NCBI RefSeq assembly: GCF_006345805.1
Contig: NW_021834002.1
Location: 13,862 to 77,861, forward strand
Direction of reading: 5' to 3'
DNA length: 64,000 nucleotides
DNA from: Octopus sinensis
Lineage: Eukaryota
Both the position numbers and the translations under genes were made by a program. Below, piece by piece: positions 52,150 through 64,000 of this stretch. The first letter of the stretch is position 1. The number at the start of each line of letters is the position of its first letter. Below the pieces are notes generated by a model that saw only the letters and a program-made list of their open reading frames with translations, had not been told where the DNA came from and ran no database searches.

Positions 52150-52805
52150 TTCGCTGCGCCAGGCACAAGGCCCGAAATTTTGGGGGAAGGGGCTAGTCGA
52201 TTAGATAGGCCCCAATACACAACTGGTACTTAATTTATCAACTCGGAAAGGATGATAACTTAAGTCGACCTCGGCAGATTTGAACTCTGAACGTAGCGGC
52301 AGACGAAATACCTTAAATATTTTTCTCTATTCTAAGCACAAGGTCCGAAATTTTGGGGGTGGGGCCAGTCGATTGGATCGACCTCAATACGCAACTGGTA
52401 CTAAATTTATTGACCCCGAAAGGATGAAAGGTAAAGTGGATCTGGATGGAATTTGAACTCAGAACATAAAGACCTATTTCTTTACTACCTACAAGGGGCT
52501 AAACACAGAGAGGATAAACAAGGACAGACAAACGGATTAAGTCGATAATATCGAGCCCATTGCGTAACCGGTACTTTATTTATCGACCCCGAAAGGATAA
52601 AAGGCAAAGTCGAGCTCGGCAGAATTTGAACTCAGAACGTAGCTGCAGACGAAATACCGCTAAGCATTGTGCTAGGCGCGGTAACGACTCTGCCTGGTCT
52701 TAGAATAAATATAGGGAAAATTTGAACTCAGAACGTAGCAGCAGATGAAATACCGCTAAGCATTTCGCCCGGCGTGCTAACATCTCTGCCAGCTCGCCGC
52801 CTTTC
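52150..52805 (-). mobile_element. Tandem array of ~4 family B SINE copies
   Basis: Family B motifs; shares private variants with 11500-11900. Confidence 0.9.
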
Positions 52806-53240
52806 AAATTTTGCTTTTACGATATTTATTCAAACCACAAAGAATTCCGCCTAACATATGGTTATGATGCTCTCCAACTACTTCTGCTCATGATCAGAGA
52901 TGCACACAGTGTCAGTCACTAAGGGACATGCTCAACTGGTTAAGGTCAATCAACTGACAAGCAAATCTATGGTATTAAGCAGAATATTTGTTAAAACAAT
53001 ATTTCTGCTTCAGCAACTCTGAAATGCGAAGAAAAATAGATCAGTTTCTGAACATTGATGTTCAGGTCCCAAAAGCAAATTTTGGAGGGAATAGTAGTCA
53101 TTTACTTTGATTTCTAGATAGAAGCAAAGCGCAAAAGCAACAAGCAAATCTGTGGCATTAAGCAAAATATTTGCTATAACGATATTTCTGCTTAAGCAAC
53201 GCAGCGCTGAATCTGTTTAAGTGTAATGGAAAATAGATCA

Positions 53241-53410
53241 TACAGTTCTATATTTAAGAAATGAGGAATTATGTACATTATTTACTTTATTTACATTTGA
53301 CGGATATTTGTCCTCATCTTGTTTGTTGCTGATACACCCTCCAGCCTTCATCAGGTGTCCTGGGGAAAATTCGAACCTGGGTTCTCATTCCTAAGGTATT
53401 TTTAGATATT
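53241..53410. mobile_element. Family P3 repeat with the ribozyme GAAAC half deleted
   Basis: Same start as 32073; minus strand GACAC-CUGAUGA-AGGCUGG..UCAGC then a deletion. Confidence 0.7.
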
Positions 53411-53438
53411 GTTGTTGTTGTTGTTCTTCTTCTTCTTC

Positions 53439-53461
<23 letters not shown>

Positions 53462-53469
<8 letters not shown>

Positions 53470-53561
53470 TACTCAGGTCACTGCTAGGAATCGAACTCGG
53501 AATCTTTGGGGTTAGTAGCCCGCGCTCTTAACCACCAAGATTCCGAGTTCTATTCCAGGCA
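53462..53561 (-). mobile_element. Short tRNA-derived SINE (tRNA-Ser-like head, (AAT)n tail) with inverted 5' end
   Basis: Minus: ggtggttaagagcgcgggctactaacccc...gagttcgattcc; inverted arms 53482-53506 and 53537-53561. Confidence 0.65.
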
Positions 53562-54166
53562 TATATATATATATATTCTGATAAACATAATCACAGTTCC
53601 ATTATATACAGGTCACTTCATGGTCCTTGGTTCAGAAAGGCAAAATTCCGTGTGAAAGGACGGTTAGATTGTAAAAATTAATTGAAATGTCTGTGTTATG
53701 AGCGTGAGCGTTATCTATTCAATCTTACATCAATTACAATTAAAAAACAACAAAAAAACACTTTAACGGACGATACAATCAAGTGCAATCCAGAACCATC
53801 GAAATTCACAATTTAAAGTCTTTGATGTCCAAGATGGTCTACAACCTCGATAGTCACATAATAATTTATGTGTGTATGTAAATGTATTTAATTAAGTATC
53901 TAAGTCTTCTCCTACGTGTAACTGCAACAAAAAATATATAAACAATTATATCTTCAGTACAACAACTCTTTTATCTACTTAAATTAATTGATATAAAAAA
54001 TTTATAGTTCAAATTTCTATATTTATGTATTTTATTATAATTCCGAAGTAGATGTGAATAGAAGCCAAGTGAAAATTTCTCTCTTTGTTTACGTAGTCTA
54101 TCGCAGGAAGAATTCCGTATTTATAGCTAACATAGACTTAAGACTGTAAATGCGATAACCAAAATA

Positions 54167-54203
<37 letters not shown>

Positions 54204-54209
54204 TTTGTG

Positions 54210-54488
54210 ACCCCCTTCGGTCGTGAATGACCATGGGATTGCACCTAGAAATTACCCTCCGAGGCACAAGTCTGGGCAAGGTGTGACAGATACAACAGAA
54301 ACAGGAAGAAAGAGTGAGAGAAAGTTGTGGTGAAAGCGTACAGCAGGGTCCACCACCACGCCCTGCCGGAGCCTCGTGGAGTTTTAGGTGTCTTCGCTCA
54401 ATAAACACTCATAATGTCCGGTCTGGGAATCGAAACCGCGATCCTACGACCGTGAGTCCGCTGCCCTAACAACTGGGCCATTGCGTCT

Positions 54489-54490
<2 letters not shown>
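54210..54490. mobile_element. Retroposon 3'-end fragment (+, 54210-54282) abutting a family C SINE (-, 54285-54490)
   Basis: cttcggtcgtgaatgaccatgggattgcacctag..., then the reverse complement of the family C head and body. Confidence 0.75.
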
Positions 54491-54530
<40 letters not shown>

Positions 54531-54601
54531 CATATATATATACATACATACACATATATATATATATGTATAATATATGTATATATATATATATATATAT
54601 A

Positions 54602-54706
<105 letters not shown>

Positions 54707-54772
54707 GGTCCCGGGTTGATTCGGGGTTAACCACAGTAAATAAGGTACTCAATACATAGTAGAGTAAAATTA

Positions 54773-54884
54773 ATTTATTATATAGAAGGAGCTTCTACAG
54801 GACTAAAACTGTTTCATTCAAGAGAAATCTTCAGATTTCTCTTGAATGAAACAGTTCTAGTCCTGTAGAAGCTCCTTCTATATA

Positions 54885-54890
<6 letters not shown>
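54773..54890. repeat. 58-bp-arm palindrome, 2-nt loop, one mismatch
   Basis: atttattatatagaaggagc...agagaaatct [tc] agatttctct...gctccttctatataataaat. Confidence 0.97.
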
Positions 54891-54925
<35 letters not shown>

Positions 54926-55268
54926 GCTACAGAAATGGAAATCAAATTTACTAAATTTTAGGGCTAACCAGATCTGAAGTTACTTTAAAAATGATTGTTA
55001 TTTGAACATTATGGAACGGAGGTCTTAGTGAGACGACAGAAATCACCAACACAAACCAACCAATCAACAAGCACAGTTCACGATGAACTAATCGATAATA
55101 TTATTTATAAAATGAGGGACCACATATGGTGCGTATCCAGAATTCATCAATACTTTCAGAAGTAACAAACAACATTGTTGTAATAAGAATACGATTTATA
55201 AACTATAATGAATATTATTTTATTTATCAAATTTATTTAGTAAGTCAAATGAAACTATTTTATTATTA

Positions 55269-55321
<53 letters not shown>

Positions 55322-55479
55322 GTATAAATATGTTACGAAAAGAAAATATAAAATACACGTGGAAATGTAAGGGTAAAAATGAAAAATAATTGTCACATAT
55401 TATAATTACAAATAAATTCCTCTATTTACGTAATATTGAGGTCTCTTCTTTCTTTTGTTATCTTACCGTTTTTAAACCA

Positions 55480-55548
<69 letters not shown>

Positions 55549-55554
55549 ATGTAT

Positions 55555-56560
55555 GTCGCTTCTACACACCCTCCGCCCACCAAATTCAATCCCAACGCAT
55601 TGGTCCTCCTGGGTCTATAGTAGAAGACACTTGTCCAAGGTGCTGCCGTGCAATGGGTTTGACTCTGAAACGAAACATAGTTGCAAACCGAGTTCCATAA
55701 CCACACAACCGCGCAAACTACAAGTAAATTCCTTGTTTTCCAAGTTACGAAGACTTTTTTTTTACTTCTTTGACTTTTTCAAGTTAAACTAAAACAAAAT
55801 TCTTTGCATCTAAACAAACTGCTTCAAAAAGACTAATTCTTCTGCAGGAAGTTTGTAAAAGTTAAATAAATCAATTTGTCTGCCAAAGAAGTTAATCATC
55901 TGTGAAATCTTTTACTCTGGGCGCTGAGCAAACCAATTTAATATTTCAGCTTCCTATGACTTCATTAAGAGTAAATTTGAATTTTAAAATTACATATATA
56001 GGCGCAGGAAACGGCAGTGTGGTAAGTAGCTGGCTTACCAACCACATGATTCCGGATTCAGTTTCTTCTGCTATAGCCTCGGGCCGACCGAAGTCTTGTG
56101 AGTGGTATACGTGCGTGTGCGTGTGTTTGTGTGACTGTGTTTGTCCCCCTTCCACCACCACAACCACCACCATCGCTTGACAATCGATGCTGGTATGTTT
56201 ACGTCCCCGAAAAAGTACTAAGCTTACAAAGAATAAGTCCTGGGATCGAAGTGTTCGACTAAAGGCGGTGCTCCAGCGTGGCCGCAGTCCATGACTAAAA
56301 CAAATAAAAAGAATATATATGTATATAAGTATTTTCTTTCATTTCTTTTACTTCTGTTTTTTACTTCCTTCCGGTCTCGAACTCTGGCCATGCTGGAGCA
56401 CCGCCTTGACGGATTTAGTCGGATAGATTGCCCCCAAGAATTACATTTTGTATTTTTTTAAAAAGTCCTGTACTTATTTTATCATTCTCTTTTCCTGAAC
56501 CACTAATCCATGGGGGAAGTAAACTAATCACCACCAAAGGTCAAGCGGTGGCTGGGGAAC
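55555..56560. mobile_element. Family A SINE copies: 55555-55715(-), 56001-56312(+), 56330-56560(-)
   Basis: Family A motifs. Confidence 0.8.
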
Positions 56561-56571
56561 GGACACAAACA

Positions 56572-56861
56572 CAGAGTCTCTATGGAGATCTCTTGCCTGC
56601 TCCTTCAATTATAAGCGAAAGGTGTTTGTGTTTTGCCGAACATTGGTGGCGAGTTGAACAAGTACTAAACAAACGGCCTTCTGCAATGGACGCCAAAGCA
56701 TGGCTGTACTCGAGCAGGTCGTCCAAAGATAATGTATGTAGATCAACTCTCCAGAGACGCTGGATGCTTCCCTGAAGACCTCCATCAAATAATGCAAGAC
56801 CAAAATAGATGACATGCGCGAGTTAAAAGTATCCGAGAGACCCCGAGCATATGATGATGAT
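56572..56861 (+). mobile_element. 3' end of a second RTE-clade LINE with (TGA)n tail
   Basis: LYGDLLPAPSIISERCLCFAEHWWR/GLLQWTPKHGCTRAGRPKIMYVDQLSRDAGCFPEDLHQIMQDQNR*HARVKSIR matches the LYGHLPP..LLWTPxHG..GRP..YIxQL..DTGC RTE C-terminus. Confidence 0.88.
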
Positions 56862-57419
56862 TAAATCCGGAGACTTCTAGGAAATTGAAAATTTTTCAGT
56901 AACAGTGTAATTTTCAAAGATGGTTCTGATGAAAGAAAATTTCCACTGAAGAATTTAAAATAACGCGAGAAATGAAGTTATCAAACATACAAATGTATGT
57001 TTATATTATATTTTTTTAATAAAGTATAAACAGAAAAGAAATAAAATGCAAAGATGTTTATCATTGGGAATCAAATAGTCACATTAAGAAAAATAAATCG
57101 TTGGGAAATAGAAAATTGTTGCGCATAAAGAATTATAGCATCGCATTAAGAAAAAGAAATCTTAATACTATAGAGAATTCAATACGAGAAAGGAATAACA
57201 TTTAAGAAATTATATAGAAGACAATATTACCGCCGGAAATATATATAACACCGAAAATGTTTCATCCATAATGTTGTTTTAAAAAATCGTTCTGCTAAAG
57301 CAAAGATTTCGCCGATGAGTGTAACATTACGTGAGGAAATAAGTGGAAGGATTATCAATTATACAATAAATAAACAGACGTAAAAATGGTCGGTTTTTGT
57401 TTTTGTTTTTATAAAAAAA

Positions 57420-57721
57420 CTAGCAGTATCGCCCGGCGTTGCTCGGGTTTGTAAGGGAAATAACTATATAAGCATTTTTAGAGAGTTACTTCCCTTATAT
57501 AATAGCAAAAAAATGCATTAAAAATGGGAAAAAATGATGGTAATTTTTTTTTTAATCGTAGACTCATCGTAGACGCACGCTAATACCCAGAAGGGCTCGA
57601 TATGAATCACGACTATAAGATAACCGGTTTTGGTTAAACTGCACTGCAAAATGTGGGAGTAGTTAGGAATCTAAATCGTAGGAGACAGACACTCACACAA
57701 CTTCACTTTTATATATAAAGA
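57420..57721 (-). mobile_element. Non-autonomous Helitron, same family as 51319-51713
   Basis: Minus strand 5' TC ... hairpin ... CTAG 3', A^T target; lacks the internal duplication. Confidence 0.88.
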
Positions 57722-57992
57722 TAAATAGAAGCAAATGATATGCAAATCCTTATGCCAAAGTCAGTTTAATACAAGAAAGGGGAGATCGTTAAAGAGATTT
57801 TACGGGGAAGAATATCACCCCTGGAGACTTCTAGGACACCGAAAAAATTTTCAACAACAGAAGATTTAAAAGATGTTGTTGATGAAGTAAAAATATTCAC
57901 TGCAGAGTTGAAAATAACGTGAGAAGAGTTTATCAACTGCACAATGAATTGCCAGGCATAAAAATGTACACATTTTTCATAAAGTATATATA

Positions 57993-58408
57993 GGCGCAGG
58001 AGTGGCTGTGTGGTAAGTAGCTTGCTTACCAGCCACATGGTTCCGGGTTCAGTCCCACTGCGTGCAACCTTGGGCAAGTGTCTTCTACTATAGCCTCGGG
58101 CCGACCAAAGCCTTGTGAGTGGATTAGGTAGACGGAAACTGAAAGAAGCCCGTCGTATATATGTATATATATATAAGTGTGTGTGTGTGTTTGTGTGCCC
58201 GTGTTTGTCCCGCTAGCATTGCTTGACAACCGATGCTGGTGTGTTTATATCCCCGTCACATGGCGGTTCGGCAAAAAGAGACCGATAGAATAAGTACTGG
58301 GCTTACAAAGAATAAGTCCCGGGTCGAGTTGCTCGATTAAAGGTGGTGCTCCAGCATGGCCTCAGTCAAATGACTGAAACAAGTTAAAAGAGTAAAAAGA
58401 GAGTAAAG
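57993..58408 (+). mobile_element. SINE family A, full length
   Basis: A-box TGGCTGTGTGG, B-box GGTTCAGTCC, CORE-like segment, internal microsatellite, tail. Confidence 0.93.
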
Positions 58409-58419
58409 AGAAGCAAATG

Positions 58420-59200
58420 CGATGCGAAGATGTTGAGCAACCTCCGCACGAGGCGGTGATCTGACGGATTCGTTAGCAGCATCCCGGGCGAAACGCTTTT
58501 GCGGCATTTCGACCCTCTTTACGTTCTAAGTTCAAATTCCGCTGAGGTTTATTTTACCTTTCATCCTTACGAGGTCGATGAAATAAGTTTTGATTTATTT
58601 ATGCGCCCTTTTTAAGTCTAGCCAGGCTCATGGGCCCGGTTTCCCGGTTTCTGTGGCATATGTGATCCCCCTCCCCCGGCTGGACGGGACGCCAGTCCAT
58701 CGCGGAGTTACTCAAGAAACAGGAAGAAAGAGTGAGAAAAAGTTGGGGCGAAATAGTATAACGGGGGTCGCTACCACCTCCTGCCGGATCCTCGTGGAGC
58801 TTTAGGTATTTTCGTTCAATAAACACACACAACGCCCGGTCTGGGAATCGAAACCGCAATCCTCCGACCGCAGGTCCGCTGCCCTAACCACTGGGCCATT
58901 GCGCCTCTACTATATAATATCATACCATATTAAAGTTATAAGAGTACAACGGGGATTGCCACCCCCCACCCCCCGCTGGAGCCTCGTGGAGCTTTAGGTG
59001 TTTTCGCTCAATAAACACACACAACGCCCGATCTGGGAATCGAAACCGCAATCCTCCGACCGCGAGTCCGCTGCCCTAACCACTGGTCCATTGCGCCTCC
59101 GCCGATGAAATAAGTACCAGTCGAGTACTGGGGGGGCGGGTCGATGTAAACAACTTACACCCTTGCCCAAAATTGCTGGCCTTGTGCCGAAATATGACTT
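58420..59200 (+). mobile_element. Family B SINE split by a chimeric family C insertion
   Basis: B halves at 58420-58588 and 59103-59200; 13-bp TSD cgatgaaataagt at 58576-58588 and 59103-59115. Confidence 0.88.
58589..59102 (-). mobile_element. Chimeric family C insertion: SINE 5' half, 30-nt captured flank, full SINE
   Basis: Spacer 58912-58941 is 28/30 identical to 24884-24913. Confidence 0.85.
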
Positions 59201-59767
59201 CTAGAAGACAGAGAAAAGTTTGCAGACACAGTGTCCTTTTAAACGGTAGTTCTGAAAAAGCAAAAAATTTTTCTGAAGAATTTACTAAAACAAAATAAAA
59301 GTGTTGATAGACTCAGGCATAAAAAAAAACGTTCGAATTTATATTAGATTAACAATTAATTTGGCTACAAATGATTCGCAAAATTCGTGCAAACATATCG
59401 ATAAATATTGTAGCATATGAAAGCAAGCAAATATATACACACATCGATATTTACTAATCATAAATAACAAAGGAATGTGACAGACTGGATAATGAAAGCG
59501 ACAGACCCTATGGAATAGAAATAGGATAATTAAATAACATTAATTAAATTATTAGTCGTTCGGTGAAGAAGTCAAAAATACGAAACTAAATATAATATAA
59601 AGTTAAGTCGTTAATGAATTAAATGGTATGTTAAAGATGCGAAATAGATAATAGGTAAAATTAATATTAATTACTAATATTAAAAATAGTTGAAGAAAAT
59701 ATATATAATTAAATTGTGAATAAGTTAATGAAACACATTCGAGTATTTATATCACATTTACGAGTGG

Positions 59768-59819
<52 letters not shown>

Positions 59820-59821
<2 letters not shown>

Positions 59822-59990
59822 AGAGTTTACGTAAAAAAAACAAAAGACGAAGACAGGTGGTGTACAAAACAAACAGATGTATTAGTATAACGCTCAGGAA
59901 TAGAAAAAGGCTTTTACGTTTCGAGCCTACGCTCTTCTATAAAAAGGGACACAGAAAAAACAAGGAGAGAAAAAATGTGTTTAGTGGCTA
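59820..59990 (-). mobile_element. Family P4 repeat, core degenerate
   Basis: Minus: ..AUAGA-A-GAGC(GUAG)GCUC-GAAAC-GUA-AAAG. Confidence 0.6.
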
Positions 59991-60086
59991 ACGATCTATC
60001 ATGACGACTATCTATATATATAAGTTTGGATTTACTCCCTAATATTATTATTATTATTATATATATATATATTTGTGTGTGTGTGT

Positions 60087-60139
<53 letters not shown>

Positions 60140-60829
60140 TATTTCTGCTTCTATTATATGAAATTATTGGTTCCCCATCACATCTGGAATATTAACTATT
60201 TTGAAGATAACTTAACTGACAAATTATTCTCCCATGTATATATATATATATATTCCAATAACGGATCGCTATCATCCCTTGTGATAAATTCTTTGAATAC
60301 CTACGCAAATACATGAGGTGCGCAAAAGATTAGAATTTCGAATATGGGTTAAGAAAGGCGTAGACCAATATAGCTACGCGTTTTTATCAATATCAATTAT
60401 GCTGGCATCTGTATACTCACACTCTGATTAGAATAGCAAAAGAAAATCAAATTTTGTAATAACCAATTCCCAAATCGCTATATTTTCAATAAATATTTAT
60501 GTGCAGCGGGTCGCAGAAGATTCCAGAAATCTTTGACAATTGCTTTTGGTGGTAAAAACTTCGGTACGAGTGTTTGTTTAGATTTTGAGAGAAACATCTG
60601 CGTGTACAGCATTGCAATATTGCCTTGCTTTCAAAGTCATATGAAAGTTGCTGTGTGTGTGTGTGTGAGCGTGTGTGTATGTGGTGTGTGATTGTTTGTG
60701 TGTGCCTGTGTGTGTAAGTGAGTGTTTACGTTTGTATGTATGTTTAGATACTATATATTATATATAAATATATATATTCATGTTATACATATATATATAT
60801 ATATTATAGTAATATTAGTGATAATAATA

Positions 60830-61050
60830 ATCCTTTCTACTATAGGCACAAGGCCTGAAATTTTGGGAGAGGAGGGGCTACTCGATTATGTCGACCCCAG
60901 AACTCGACTGGTACTTATTTCATCGACCTCCGGAAGGATGAAAAGCAAAGCCGACCTCAGTGGAATTTGAACTCAGATCGTAAAGACGGACGAAATACTG
61001 CTAAGCATTTTTCCCCGGCGTGCTAACGACTCTACCAGCTCGCTACCTCA
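60830..61050 (-). mobile_element. Family B SINE, near full length
   Basis: Family B tail, body and head on the minus strand. Confidence 0.85.
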
Positions 61051-61053
61051 GTC

Positions 61054-61100
<47 letters not shown>

Positions 61101-61519
61101 TAATAATAATAATAATAACAATAACGATATATCTTAACTACGAAGAAATGTTCCATAGATAGATTCCTACATCGTAAATACGATGTGATGTTTTAAAGAT
61201 AGATTACTGTAAATTTGTTAAAACTTTGAGATGTTCATAGATTTCTATATCTAAGCTATAGGACGCTTCCCTGCTTCCTCATCGGTCATAGTTTCCCTAC
61301 ACCAAGCTCACGATTAACAAGGCATTGGTCATCCGGGTGTATAATAAGAAACACTTGCCCAAGACGTCATCGCTTATGAAGAGTGGACTTGAACCAGCGA
61401 CCACGTAGTTGCCAAGGGAGCTTCAAAACAGACCCGCGCCTATATCTCCTGTGTCTATGTCTTCCCATGCAACACTTTTCTTTACTTGAGATTCTGATTC
61501 TTTTACAAGCGTTCATACA

Positions 61520-61665
61520 ACCTAATCAATGGATTATTGAAGCCATCGATCAGTCGTATGGTGTTGATTGACAGGCAATCGATCGATCAATCAATAATGC
61601 CTGACCTTGATGTCATTATGCCGTTTTTAAAAAGCGATCGGGACTTTGTGATGCTGACCAATCAC
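61520..61665. promoter_or_regulatory. Candidate enhancer: PBX-MEIS decamer, CUT/Onecut-type sites, CCAAT box
   Basis: TGATTGACAG 61565-61574; ATCGAT/ATCAAT at 61525, 61545, 61578, 61582, 61586, 61590; tgaCCAATca 61655-61664. Confidence 0.35.
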
Positions 61666-62149
61666 CGGCAGCGTTTCGGTATTTGTCATTATTTCGTCAG
61701 GATATTGGAAAACTTTGAAAGGGACTTCAGCACGATTGTGATCCGTGAGTGCTTGCCTGTGCTTGCGAGCATGCGTGCGTGTGCGTGTGCATGCATGTGT
61801 GCATGTGTGTGTGTGCTTGTGTACATTACGATTTTTTATCCAAAGATTTAGCACTAAATCGATTCCAGGATATTATAAACTTTTTTATTATTTATTCATT
61901 TTTTTTGTTATTGTTATAAATATTAATATTAATATTTCCTTTTTTTTCTTCTTTCTCTCCATCTTCCTCCTCTTTTTTCTCCTTCCTCTTCTTCTTAGAT
62001 GCATTTCTTCCCAGTTTTTCGTTCTGAAATGAAATCGCACCGAGGTCGACTTAGCCTTTCATCCTTTCGTGGTCGATAAAATGTGTTTAGGACTCTGATC
62101 GATGCAATCGACAACACTCCATATCATCCTAAATTAAAGGCCTTGTGCG

Positions 62150-62214
<65 letters not shown>

Positions 62215-62219
62215 CATAT

Positions 62220-62820
62220 ACTATTGAGTGAGTGAGTGAGTGAGAGAGCAGTGCATGTCATCAAAGTGACACTGGGGTAAAATATACGAAGCCCAGTATA
62301 CCCATCATGACTACCCATCTGATAAAGGCACACCAGGCGCATGCATTACAACCATATGTACGCGACATGGTGATCTCATACTCAGATAAACAACGCATGA
62401 CCTTGTTAGAATTTTCTTCAGGCCGAGTAACCCATCCCGTTCAAAAGGTCCCTGAATAATGTTTGTTTAAGGATGATGAACAAAACACCCATGTTTCCAG
62501 AGGAGATTTATTCAAACCCTAAAGAATTCCTTTCAACACATGGCTATGATGCTCCCCCACTACTTCTGCTCGTGATCAGAGATGCACATATCGTCAGCCA
62601 CTAAGGGACATGCTCAAGTGGTTAAGGTCAACACAACTGACAAGCAAATCTGTGTATTGAGCAGAATATTTGCTGTAGACCATCTTTTACACCAAGACAA
62701 CAATGTACATATAACACTTCCAATCAGTTAAGATCAGAAGCCATGAGAGCCACTGCCTGGTACTGCATCAGGCATCTACCGCCTGATCATCATCATATTA
62801 TTATTATTATTATTATTATT
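62220..62820 (+). mobile_element. Retroposon family F, longest copy
   Basis: Homologous to 47121-47495(-); ends ...ggtactgcatcaggca followed shortly by (TTA)n. Confidence 0.8.
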
Positions 62821-63039
62821 ATTATCAAGGTGGTGAGCTACAGCCATTGTTGCACGCTTTGCGAAATGCTTGGTTGTATTTCGAACCGTCTTTACGTTTT
62901 GAGTTCAAATCCCGCCGAAGTCGACTTTACGTTTTATCGTTTCGTAGTCCATAAACCTGAGTACCAGTAAAACACTGGATCGCTATAATTGACTAGTCGC
63001 CTCCTCCAAAATTTCAGACCTTGAGTCTATAGTAGAAAG

Positions 63040-63334
63040 GATTATTATTACTGTATTTTTTATCATTGTTATTATTATTATTATTATTATATATATTATA
63101 TAGTAGTAGTAGTAGTATTTTTATATTATTATTATTATTATTATTATTATTATCATCATCATCATCATTATTAGTTGTGTTATTCTTATTGTTGTTCTGG
63201 TTGTTATTTATATTACTGAATCATTATTAATACAGAAACCATCATCATCCTTATTATAATCATTATTATTATCATCTCACCATCATCATTCTTCTTTTTC
63301 TTCTTTTTCTTCTTCTCTTCTTCTTCTTCTTCTC

Positions 63335-63369
<35 letters not shown>

Positions 63370-63484
63370 ATTATTATTATTATTATTATCATCATCCTTA
63401 TTATAATCATTATTATTATCATCATCATCACCATCATCATTCTTCTTTTTCTTCTTCTTCTTCTTCTTCTTCTTCTTCTTCTTC

Positions 63485-63518
<34 letters not shown>

Positions 63519-63520
63519 TG
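63040..63520. repeat. Compound (TTA)/(TCA)/(TTC)n tract with a duplicated ~150-bp unit
   Basis: atcatcatccttattataatcattattattatc occurs at ~63241 and ~63388. Confidence 0.9.
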
Positions 63521-64000
63521 TATTTTTGTTTGTTTTATTGCTTCTAAGGTCATCTTCTGGATCAATATATTACGGCATTACTGCTCCTCATTGCTCATTT
63601 ATTTGCTATTTTAAATTAACCTTTTTCATAAAAATTTTCACTGGCATTCAGTTTTACCCCTTACATCCTCCCTTCTCTCTCTCCCGCCCTGTTTCCCTTT
63701 AACGCCACCAATCGCCATTCTGTTTTTCCCTGATATTCCTATATGTCTTCTTTATGATTATAATGATTCTTTTATCGCCATATTTGATGATTTATTTAAT
63801 ATTTTATAGCATGTTCGCTGACTTTCTTTCGTTTACATCATTAGCATTGACCTTTTTTTCTGCAAGACACTTAATACCTCTTTGTCTTCCTTGCTTCTTT
63901 GTCTTAATATTTGTTCGGATGTTTTTGCAGTTATTTTTGTAGCTGTTTTTTGTTTTGTTGTTGTTGTCCTCTTTTGATAAATCTTTCCTTTTTCACTTTT

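Noticed and set aside
57766-57960. mariner C-terminal similarity (KKFSTTEDLKDVVDE)
   Set aside because: Too short, and the paralogous stretch at 56870 does not keep the frame.

Overview
AT-rich, repeat-saturated eukaryotic DNA, almost certainly intronic or intergenic. It is very probably from an octopus or other coleoid cephalopod, inferred from my recollection of the SINE families and the extreme (TA)n/(TG)n/(GATA)n/(AAT)n density. I recognise no intact host protein-coding gene; nearly all ORFs in the track are translations of microsatellites. Supported content: three tRNA-headed SINE families (called A, B, C here) in dozens of copies, with nests, dimers and target-site duplications (TSDs); three decayed LINE 3' ends (an RTE with three C-terminal C2H2 fingers, a second RTE, and a CR1/L2-like end); a mariner 5' half; a pogo/Tigger HTH remnant; two non-autonomous Helitrons; a long-TIR MITE; ~156-bp satellites; a 40-bp minisatellite with higher-order structure; and many fold-back palindromes. 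Most interesting signals: (1) minimal hammerhead-ribozyme motifs in four Penelope-like repeat families, one with a variant CUGUNGA core; (2) a SINE copy at 58.6-58.9 kb carrying the 5' flank and TSD of the SINE at 24.9 kb, i.e. a local source/daughter pair; (3) a direct-repeat-bounded 1.4-kb block holding a small TM-like ORF, a satellite and a ribozyme; (4) a textbook recursive-splice motif at 30230/30231; (5) a speculative frame-compatible chain of small minus-strand exons. All alignments and folds were done by eye; no searches were run.
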